Assembly: GCA_963842015.1 (NCBI GenBank)
Contig: CAWJFG010000021.1
Span: forward strand, 253,284 to 317,283
From: an uncultured Acidimicrobiales bacterium
GTDB taxonomy: Bacteria > Actinomycetota > Acidimicrobiia > Acidimicrobiales > VFJN01
Direction: 5' to 3'
DNA length: 64,000 nucleotides
A program made the translations under genes and the position numbers. Positions within the stretch are counted from its first letter, which is position 1; every line of letters begins with the position of its first letter. The notes beneath the pieces are model-generated. The model saw only the letters and a list, made by a program, of their open reading frames with translations. It was not told where the DNA came from and ran no database searches. This document shows positions 54,874 to 64,000 of the stretch, in pieces.

Positions 54874-56165
54874 GCGCGGCAGCGGGCGACGTCTGGTCGG
54901 TCCTCCCGACTCGGGCGGGCGTGGATCGCGTCGAGCCGGGCTCGCAGATGCGTCCGTTCGACGTCGTTGGAGCACAGGCCGATCGCCTCGCGGTAGGAGG
55001 CCCGGGCGAGCTCGATGTCGCCGGCGCGTCGAGCGAGTTCGGCGCGCACGGCGGGGACACGGTGGTTGTCGCGCAAGACATCGTCGAGTCCCGCGATCAG
55101 GGCGAGGCCGGCCCGGGGACCCTGGGCCTCGGCGACCGCGACCGCGCGGTTGAGCCGAACGATCGCGGAGCCGGTTCGTGCTTCGAGGTCTGCGTAGTGC
55201 CCGGCGATCGCGTTCCAGTCCGTCGCCGCGGCGGTGGGTGCCCGCGCGTGCTCGGCCGCGATGAGGGCCTGGAGTCGGAGCTCCTCGGCGAAACCCTCAT
55301 CTGGCGGGAGCCCGGCGGCGAGCCCGAGCCCGGCCCGGATCTCGTCGTGGTTCCAGATCGAGCGGTCCTGGTCGGCGAGGGTCACCAGCCGGCCGTCTCG
55401 TAGGCGGGCGTCGCGACGCGAGTGTTGGAGCAGCAAGAGTGCGAACGTCGCTCGGACCTGGGTGGCGTGGGGGACGAGGTCGTGCAGGATGGCGGCGAGC
55501 CGCACGGCATCACCCGCCAGGTCAGCACGCAACAGGTTAGGCCCGGCGCCGGGGGTGTACCCGGCGGTGAAGGCGAGATAGATCGTGCGGCACACCTCGT
55601 CGAGACGTGAACGGAGCTCGTCCTCGAGCGGGGCGCCGAGCGGGATGCCGGCGAGCACGATCTTCTTCTTCGCTCGGGTCAGGCGCGCCGCCATCGTCGA
55701 TGGCGACACGAGGAACAGGCGGGCGATCTGCTCGGTCGGTGTCCCGATGACGAGGCGGAGCGCCAGCGCTGACCGTGATTCGCGCGGGAGTGCCGGGTGA
55801 CAGCACGACAAGATGAGCTGCAGACGATCGTCGGCCAACTCCTCCAGTGGATCGCCGGTTGGCACCCATCCGGGTCGGACGGCGAGGAGCGGCGCCTTGC
55901 GCCCCGCGACGGCCTCGGTCCGGAGCCGCCCGACGACGTGCCGGTAGGCGGTGGCGTACAGCCAACCGGCGGGATTGGCCGGCACTCCTTCGTCCCTCCA
56001 GCGGTCCGATGCCCGGGCGAAGGCCTCACCCAAGGCGTCTTCGGCCAGATCGAGACGACGGGTCCGCGATACGAGCAGCGACAACAGGCGGCCCCACTCG
56101 GCCCGAAAGATCTGCTCGATGACTCGATCAGGACACGTCGAGGACCGGTCGGATGTCGATGTCAT
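54630..56165 (-). CDS. ECF-type RNA polymerase sigma factor with a long C-terminal extension domain (the type usually paired with YciI-like proteins); 3' end uncertain
   Basis: About 414 family-like codons read in one frame. They run from MTSTSDRSSTCPDRVIEQIFRAEWGRLLSLLVSRTRRLDLAEDALGEAF...NPAGWLYATAYRH...PTEQIARLFLVSPSTMAARLTRAKKKI... to ...ERTHLRARLDAI. No stop follows, and the ORF continues about 97 more codons antisense into the neighbouring gene. Confidence 0.75.
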   Translation of the reverse strand: MTSTSDRSSTCPDRVIEQIFRAEWGRLLSLLVSRTRRLDLAEDALGEAFARASDRWRDEGVPANPAGWLYATAYRHVVGRLRTEAVAGRKAPLLAVRPGWVPTGDPLEELADDRLQLILSCCHPALPRESRSALALRLVIGTPTEQIARLFLVSPSTMAARLTRAKKKIVLAGIPLGAPLEDELRSRLDEVCRTIYLAFTAGYTPGAGPNLLRADLAGDAVRLAAILHDLVPHATQVRATFALLLLQHSRRDARLRDGRLVTLADQDRSIWNHDEIRAGLGLAAGLPPDEGFAEELRLQALIAAEHARAPTAAATDWNAIAGHYADLEARTGSAIVRLNRAVAVAEAQGPRAGLALIAGLDDVLRDNHRVPAVRAELARRAGDIELARASYREAIGLCSNDVERTHLRARLDAIHARPSREDRPDVARCRAHPRRRYVRNSDPAGVRSTSSRSSRCIGASSSNRRRPRPATVGATTSRSSSTRPALSSERATEMLPWMPMSPPSPCLISAT

Positions 56166-56481
56166 AGGCGGGCAGGATCCTGCACAACTCGATGACGGTG
56201 TCGAGGCCGGGCGCATCGAGAAGGTAGTAGCCACCGATCTGCTCCGCGGCCTCGGCGAACGGCCCGTCGGTGATGGTCATCTCACCGCTGCGAGTGCGCA
56301 ACGTCGTGGCCATCGAGCCGTCCCCCAACGACTCTTCACTCAGGATCTCCACTCCCGGCTCGGCCGCGCACGCCTCGTCGAAGGCGACGTGCTTGGCCAT
56401 CAGTGCCTCCTGCTCGTCGGCCGTCAGCGCATCCCATGACGGCAGCTCACCGAAGCCCGCGAGCAGAACGAAATACTTCAT
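56128..56481 (-). CDS. YciI family protein
   Basis: Intact ORF: MKYFVLLAGFGELPSWDALTADEQEALMAKHVAFDEA...MTITDGPFAEAAEQIGGYYLLDAPGLDTVIELCRILP. Confidence 0.85.
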   Translation of the reverse strand: MKYFVLLAGFGELPSWDALTADEQEALMAKHVAFDEACAAEPGVEILSEESLGDGSMATTLRTRSGEMTITDGPFAEAAEQIGGYYLLDAPGLDTVIELCRILPAYDIDIRPVLDVS

Positions 56482-57445
56482 CGCAACTCCTCTCCCTCAG
56501 CGCCGGCGACCACCGCCGGCACCACCATGACGCGCCGGACCACCCCGAATCGACAACTCCGACGAGAAAACCGGCCGGGTGAACGGCGAGCGGGTCGACC
56601 GGCGTGGTGAACGGGTCGGTCAACCGGCGCCACCTGCGCGCGGGGATGGCTGTCCAGCAACCGCTCGTAGTGCCGGGGCGGGGCCACGGCGGACGGGTCG
56701 TAGTCGGGCTGGTACACCCACTCGCGCGCCTCGGCGGAGAGCGCCGCCACCGCGGCGGCCGCCTCCAGCGCACGCTGGTCGGACGCCTCCCGTTCTTCGT
56801 CGGCCATCCCCGCCTGGTCGATCCCGGTGATGTGGACGGCGGCGGCCAGGACGTGCTCGGCGTTGTGTCGACGGTTGAAGGTGGCCCCCTCGGTCCGGAG
56901 CCGGAACGCCTCCTCGGGGCCGAAGAGCCGGTGCAGCACGTCGTGCACGACGCTGCGGTGCTCGAACTCCTCGGCCAGGTGCCACATCCACAGCCGCATG
57001 GGCTCGGAGCCGTGGTCGCCGCACATGCTGCGATGTGGCCGTCGAGCAAGGCCTCGGCCAGCGCGCGGCCGGAGGACTCGAAGCCCTCGCCGTAGCCAGG
57101 TTCCAGGCCAGCGAGCGGTGGCCAGGAACTCGTCGAGGTCGGCCTCGAACGCGGCCTCGAAGTCGCGGATGCGCGGGTAGCCGGTGCGTCAGCATCTCCA
57201 GTCAGGCCGTTGTGGAGCTTGTAGTGCTGGCCCTCCTGCTTGTTGAAGAGGCGATGTCCTCCAACAGGTCGGCGTCGGCGACCGGGTCGAGCTCCTGCTT
57301 GGCCAGGCGCATCACCTTGATCAGGTAGCGCTCGATGGGCGGCGGGATGATCGCCCCGGCGTTGATGACGTGCACGGCCTCGACGTTGTCGCCCCAGTGC
57401 GGGACGCTGCGGAGAAGTCGAAGTCGGGGCGGCGGACGGTAGCAT
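56478..57445 (-). pseudogene. Predicted metal-dependent hydrolase family protein, very heavily frame-broken (about 8-10 switches)
   Basis: The pieces lie in alternating frames. They are DFDFSA, then [52 protein letters not shown], then [57 protein letters not shown], and finally GSEPMRLWMWHLAEEFEHRSVVHDVLHRLFGPEEAFRLRTEGATFNRRHNAEHV... The ends are approximate. Confidence 0.55.
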
Positions 57446-57460
57446 CGGTGCCTCCTCGGC

Positions 57461-59193
<1,733 letters not shown>

Positions 59194-59209
<16 letters not shown>

Positions 59210-60679
59210 GGCGCACCTCCGAAGGTGAAGTCGTCGCGGTCGATCGCGCTCGGTCGCCTCCCGGTACCAGCCCGACGGTGTGCGGGAGCTGGGTGACGAT
59301 GTCGCCGGCGGCGTTGTGGAAGTAGCTGCGTGCAGCCGGCGTCGGCCCAGATCGTGCCGGCCAGGTCGCGCTCGGAGCTCGCCGGCGTAGCGGGCCATCG
59401 CCTCGGCCGTCACCTCGACCGACCGGCGCCCGCCTCGCCGCATGGCGGCGAGGGCGCTGGCCACGAACTGCGCCTGGGCCTCCAGGATGAGCAGGATCGA
59501 GTTGCCGCCCTGGTTGGTGTTGGGCCCGTAGAGCATGAAGAGGTTCGGGAAGCCGGGGACGGCGATGCCGTGGTAGGCGCGGGGCACGCCCGCCCACGCT
59601 CGTGGATGGACGTGCCGCCCCGGCCGACCACGTCGATGCCGCACAGGTAGTCGCTGGCGCGGAAGCCGGTGCACAGGACGATGGTGTCGGCCGGGCGCTC
59701 GACGCCGTCGACCGTGCGGATGCCCGTCGGCGTGATCGCGCTCGATGGCGTCGGTGACGAGCTCGACGTCGTCGCGCTGGACCGCCGGGAGGTAGTCGCT
59801 GGAGATCAGCGGTGCGCTTGCAGCCGAACGGCTGGTCGGGGGTCAGCCGCGCCCGCAGCTCGGGGTCGGGGACCTTGTGCTCGAGGTAGCCCGCGGGCGA
59901 CGTCGGCGATGGCGTCGCATCGACGGGTCGCCGGCGACGAACGCGGTGGTGCCGCTCGAACAGGTCGTGGAGCTCCTGGCGGTGCCGGGCGGCGTCGTCG
60001 GGGTGCGTCGGCGAACTGGCGCTGCTGCTCGTCGGTGTAGGGCGGGTCCTTGCGCGGCAGGATCCACGGGGCGCTGCGCTGGTAGACGTCGACGTGGGCG
60101 GCGCGCTCGGCGATCGCCGGCACGATCTGGATGGCGCTGGCGCCGGTGCCGACGACCGCGACCCGCCGGCCGGTGAGGTCGTGGTCGTGGTCCCAGCGGG
60201 CCGAGTGGAACATCGTCCCCTCGAAGTCGTCGAGGCCCGGGATCGCCGGGATCGACGGGGTGTGGAACATGCCGATGGCCGAGACGACGACCCGGGCCTC
60301 GTGCACGCTCGCCGCGCTGGTCGCGCAGGTGCCAGCGCCCGTCCGTCGTCCGACCAGGTGGCGGCCACGACCTCGGTGCCGGTCCGCACCTTGCGGCGGA
60401 CGTCGAAGCGGTCGTAGCAGTCCTCGACGTAGCGCGAGGATCTCGGGCTGGGCGGCGTAGGCCCGCGACCAGCTGGGGTTGGGGGCGAACGAGAGGCTGT
60501 AGAGGTGCGACGGCACGTCGCACGCCGCGCCCGGGTAGGTGTTGGCCCGCCACGTGCCGCCCACGCCGTCGCCCCGCTCGAGGATGACGACGTCGTCGAT
60601 GCCGTCCTGGGCGAGGCGGTGGGCGACGGCCAGGCCGCCGAACCCGGCGCCGAGGACGGCGACCTCGACCGCGCGTCAC
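59194..60679 (-). pseudogene. Flavin-containing / Baeyer-Villiger-type monooxygenase, about 10 frame breaks
   Basis: The pieces are VAVLGAGFGGLAVAHRLAQDGIDDVVILERGDGVGGTWRANTYPGAACDVPSHLYSLSFAPNPSWSRAYAAQPEIL, YVEDCYDRFDVRRKVRTGTEV, then ARVVVSAIGMFHTPSIPAIPGLDDFEGTMFHSARWDHDHDLTGRRVAVVGTGASAIQIVP, and [26 protein letters not shown]. The ends are approximate. Confidence 0.7.
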
Positions 60680-61112
60680 GGCTCGTCCCGCTCGGGCGGT
60701 GAGGTCGAGGTCGGCCGCCGCCGGTGTCGACCAGCTCGACTGCACGCCGTCGGGCCGGTACGACGGCCATGGCGACGCCGTGGCCTCGACCGGCGCGGCG
60801 CGCCGCCGAGGCCGAGCGGTCGAGCCGGCGAGGCGGCCTCGACGTCGGTCGTGACCGACAGCAGCAGGAACCCCGCGTCGCGGCCGTCGCCGGCCGGCGT
60901 CGGGACCTCGCCGAGGTCGACCAGCTCGACGATGCCGGCGCGGGTGGCCGGGTCGCCGAGGAACACCGCCCGAGCGGCGACGGCGCCCGGAGCAACGTGG
61001 GCCAGTCGCCCTCGAAGCGTGGTCCATCAGGACCTCGAGCCGAGCCCGTCACGCCAGAACCGGAGGCTGGCGTCGACGTCGGACGCGATGCGGAGTGGTG
61101 GATGGCCGGCAC
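60680..61112 (-). pseudogene. VOC/glyoxalase-like protein, several frame breaks
   Basis: The pieces are VPAIHH..ASDVDASLRFWRDGLG, FEGDWPTLL, FLGDPATRAGIVELVDLGEVPTPAGDGRDAGFLLLSVTTDVEAA and HGVAMAVV...VELVDT. The boundaries are approximate. Confidence 0.45.
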
Positions 61113-61166
61113 TGAATCGGAGTTTAGACTCTGAGTACAAGGTCTCGCCACCGAGGAGGTCGCCGC

Positions 61167-61746
61167 GTGCGACCGATGCCCGCCGGCATGCGCGAGAAGG
61201 TGCTGGCCGCGGCCGAGCTGATCGCCGACCACGGCCTCGACGCCACGAAGATGGAGGACATCGCCGCCGCCACCGGCGTGCCGAAGGCGACGCTCTACTA
61301 CTACTTCGACGGCAAGGAGGACATCCTCGCCTTCCTGTTCAACGAGATCCTCGACGAGGTCGCGCGGGCCGTCGACGCCGCCCTCCGGACCGACGGCACC
61401 GCGGCCGATCGGCTGCGTGTCGCGATCGTCGCCCACCTCCGGATCTTCGAGGCCTTTCCCGCCGCCAGCCGGGCGCTCCAGTTCGACCTCGGCCGAGCGG
61501 CGCGGATCCCCCACATCGACGAGCGGATCGAGGCCGCCTACCGCAGGCCCATCCGCCGAGCTGCTCGACGACGGCGCCGCCGACGGCAGCCTCCGCGCCG
61601 TCGAGCACCCCCGGCTCGTCGCCGTCGCCATCCTCGGCGCCGTGACGACGGTGGGCATCAACGCCCTCACGCTCGGGCCGCGCCGCTCGGTCGACGAGGT
61701 CGCCGACGAGGTCGTCGGCTTCGTCCTCGGCGGGGTGTCGTCGTGA
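61167..61746 (+). pseudogene. TetR family regulator with one +1 frame break at about 61545-61560
   Basis: MREKVLAAAELIADHGLDATKMEDIAAATGVPKATLYYYFDGKEDIL HTH reads in frame 0. The C-terminus AELLDDGAADGSLRAVEHPRLVAVAILGAVTTVGINAL... reads in frame 1. Confidence 0.75.
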
Positions 61747-62468
61747 CCGCGCGTCGTCGTCGGTGGCGGGTCGGGCATCGGCGCAGCCGTCGTCGCCGCG
61801 CAGCTGGCGCGGGGCCTCGAGGTCGTCGTGTGGGACCTCGGCGACGGCGCCGACGTCGCGCTGCGACATCACCACGCCGGAGCAGGTCGACGCGGCGGCG
61901 GCCGCCACGCTCGAGCGCTTCGGGTGCCCCGACGTCGTGACCGTCACCGCCGGGATCGGGCACGGCGGGATGCTGCTCGACGCGCCCGCCGACGACTGGG
62001 ACCACGTCGTGGGCACCAACGCCAAGGGCGCGTGGCTGGCGATGCGGGCGCTCGCTCGGCCGATGCTCGAGCAGGGCGGCGGGTCGATCGTGGTGACGAG
62101 CAGCGTCAGCGCCCTGCCTGGCCGACCGGTCGATGGGGCTCTACTGCGCCTCGAAGGCGGCGCTGGACATGGTCGTCAAGGTCGCAGCCCTCGAGTGGGC
62201 GCCGACGGTGCGGGTCAACGCGGTCGCCCCCGGGGTCACCGACACCCCGATGCTCGGACCGGCGCCCCGCGACCGGGGCTGGCTCCGCGGCGTCGCCGAC
62301 CGCACCGCCCTCGGCCGGCTCGGGACGCCCGACGACATCGCCGAGGCCATCCTCGCGGTCCACGACATGCGGTGGACGACCGGGCAGATCGTCGTGTGCG
62401 ACGGCGGTCTCTCCCGCCGCAGCCCGATCGACCCGGCCGGGGGTCCTCGACGGGACCAGATCGACTGA
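61743..62468 (+). pseudogene. Short-chain dehydrogenase/reductase (SDR) with three consecutive +1 frame breaks
   Basis: GTGA overlap with the TetR stop. The segments are VVGGGSGIGAAV, CDITTPEQVDAAAAATLERFGCPDVVTVTAGIG...IVVTSSVSAL and MGLYCASKAALDMVVKVAALEWAPTVRVNAVAPGVTDTPML...GQIVVCDGG. Together they carry the TGxxxGxG, YxxxK and PG motifs. Confidence 0.75.
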
Positions 62469-62501
62469 CGCGCCGGCCCCCCGCTTCGCGGCACGGGACG
62501 G

Positions 62502-63344
62502 TCAGGCGGAACCGTCGGTCCATTCGCTGGTGAGCTCGGGCCAGCGCCGGCGAGTGGCGCCATCGGCGGGGAAGAAGGATTCGACCCGGAGCTCCTGAGC
62601 CGTGACGTCGATGGGCGTGCCGATCGTCGATATCACCGAGAAGAAGGCCAGCTCGACATCGCCGATGGCGAAGCGCAGATCGACCACCGGCCCATCCGAG
62701 GTCGACGGGTCGGGCGTGGCGAGCAGCTCCGCGACATCGGACCGCTCGCGCAGGGTGGCGACGAGCTCGGCGGTGTGCGGGTCGAGCACACCGCTGATCG
62801 CCTCCCGCCGCGCCCGCTCGAGGAGCGCCGGCGCCACCGCGGCCCAGTTGCGAACGCTGTCACGGACGGGGCCCGGCTCGATGATCAGCCGCAGGACGTT
62901 GGCGTCGGTCGGCACGGGTTCCGGTGCGAAGAGACGGCCGAAGAGGCGTGCGGCGCCGTCGTTGGCCCGCTGGAGGTTCCACGCGCGGTCCATCACCACC
63001 GCGGGGAAGGGCTCGTGGCCGGCGAGCAGGCTCGTGAGCGCCTCGTCGACCCGGGCCATCAGCGGACTGGTCAGTGGTTCGAGCGAGTAGAGAGGCGCGA
63101 AGCCGGCTGCGAGGAGCAGGTCGTTGCGCTCCCGCAGCGGCACGTCCAGCGCCCGAGCGAGGCGGACCACCATCTGCCGGCTCGGCTGGGCCCGACCCGT
63201 CTCCAGGAAGCTGACGTAGCGCGGCGTGGTGTCGGCGTCACCGGCCAGGTCGAGCTGGCTCTTGGCCCGCACGGAACGCCAATGGCGCAGAAGATCACCG
63301 AGCCCGCCGCGAGCGGCGGCAGCGGAGGACGACGGCATCGGCAC
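62502..63344 (-). CDS. MmyB-like (XRE-HTH plus MmyB C-terminal domain) transcriptional regulator
   Basis: Intact 280-aa ORF: LGDLLRHWRSVRAKSQLDLAGDADTTPRYVSFLETGRAQPSRQMVVRLARALDVPLRERNDLLLAAGFAP...PFPAVVMDRAWNLQRANDGAARLF. Confidence 0.85.
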   Translation of the reverse strand: MPMPSSSAAAARGGLGDLLRHWRSVRAKSQLDLAGDADTTPRYVSFLETGRAQPSRQMVVRLARALDVPLRERNDLLLAAGFAPLYSLEPLTSPLMARVDEALTSLLAGHEPFPAVVMDRAWNLQRANDGAARLFGRLFAPEPVPTDANVLRLIIEPGPVRDSVRNWAAVAPALLERARREAISGVLDPHTAELVATLRERSDVAELLATPDPSTSDGPVVDLRFAIGDVELAFFSVISTIGTPIDVTAQELRVESFFPADGATRRRWPELTSEWTDGSA

Positions 63345-63472
63345 CGAACGCTACGGCGGCGATCGGGGCGTGTCCCTTCCCAGCCGGGGAATCGCCGGGA
63401 CACCGTGGCGGGGAGAGGCTGCCACCAGCCGGCACGTGCCGGGACGTCCGACCACATCGAGGACACGACCAC

Positions 63473-64000
63473 ATGCAGCTGACCATCCAGACCCTCGACA
63501 GCGCACCCGCCGACTCCCGCCCGATCATGCAGTCCATCGCCGCGGATCTCGGGTTGGTGCCGAACCTCGCCGCCACCGCGGCGACCTCACCTGCCCTCCT
63601 GGCCGGATTCGACGGGCTCCGACGGGCGGTGGGCTCCACGAAGCTCGACCCCGTGCTCCGCGAGGTGGCCGGCCTGGCGGTCGGGGTCGCCGTCGACAAC
63701 CGCTACGGCGTGGCGTTCCACTCGACGATGCTCGCCGGCCTCGGCCTCGACGACGGCGACATCGATGCCATGCGCGAGGACGCGCCCCATCGGGCGAGGG
63801 CGCAGCCGCCACGCACCAGCTCGCCCGCGAGGTCACGCTCGGACGAGGCACGGTCTCCGACGCCACCGTCACGCGGGCGACCGCGGCCGGCCTCGACACC
63901 GAAGCCATCCTCGAGATCGTCCTCGAGGCCTCGTTCGCCGGTCTCGTCGGCACGATCGACAACCTCGCCGACCACGTCGACCTCGACGAATTCCTCGCCC
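63473..64000 (+). pseudogene. Carboxymuconolactone decarboxylase/AhpD-like protein, partial at the window end, one -1 frame break at about 63770-63785
   Basis: The ATG at 63473 opens MQLTIQTLDSAPADSRPIMQSIAADLGLVPNLAATAATSPALLAGFDGLRRAVGSTKLDPVLREVAGLAVGVAVDNRYGVAFHSTMLAGLGLDDGDIDAMRE. It continues as RAPSGEGAAATHQLAREVTLGRGTVSDATVTRATAAGLDTEAILEIVLEASFAGLVGTIDNLADHV in another frame. It is absent from the ORF track because there is no stop in the window. Confidence 0.7.

Overview
This is a very GC-rich, actinobacterial-type chromosome segment (G+C not computed). I saw no rRNA, tRNA, CRISPR array, transposase or integrase.

**Core block (1 to ~41.2 kb).** This is a conserved housekeeping block with mostly intact genes:
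- ftsK, a MacB-type ABC exporter, an ECF-like sigma factor, rimO, pgsA, cinA, thpR and recA.
- A Liv-type ABC importer read as one four-module gene, plus its binding protein.
- miaB, miaA, dapF, hflX, dapC, dapD, dapE and lexA.
- A LysM/ChiZ-like gene, a DivIVA-domain gene, two globins, nrdR and the class II ribonucleotide reductase nrdJ.
- SOS boxes, a RecA-NDp-like promoter motif and NrdR-box-like palindromes can be read directly.

**Accessory block (~41.2 kb to the end).** This block holds small detoxification, stress and resistance-like genes:
- DUF1801, VOC, DinB/TIGR03086, DHFR-family reductases, an F420-type nitroreductase, SRPBCC, CMD/AhpD, cupin and YdeI.
- Two APH-like kinases, a Rox-like FAD monooxygenase, a class III cyclase and a quinone oxidoreductase.
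- A D-aminoacylase, a BVMO-like monooxygenase and an SDR.
- Most of these enzyme genes need several 1-nt frame switches to be read. Several regulators (HxlR, YciI plus sigma, MmyB-like) stay in frame.

**Novelty.** I did not find a convincing new multi-gene system. The least explained signals are:
- about 470 bp of helix-rich non-coding DNA between the ribD-like gene and the nrdJ promoter;
- a 14-bp tandem palindrome array at 22.5 kb;
- a trHbN / flavohaemoglobin-like / DivIVA operon;
- the four-module Liv fusion;
- the abrupt change in frameshift density after nrdJ, which could be consensus error or genuine decay.
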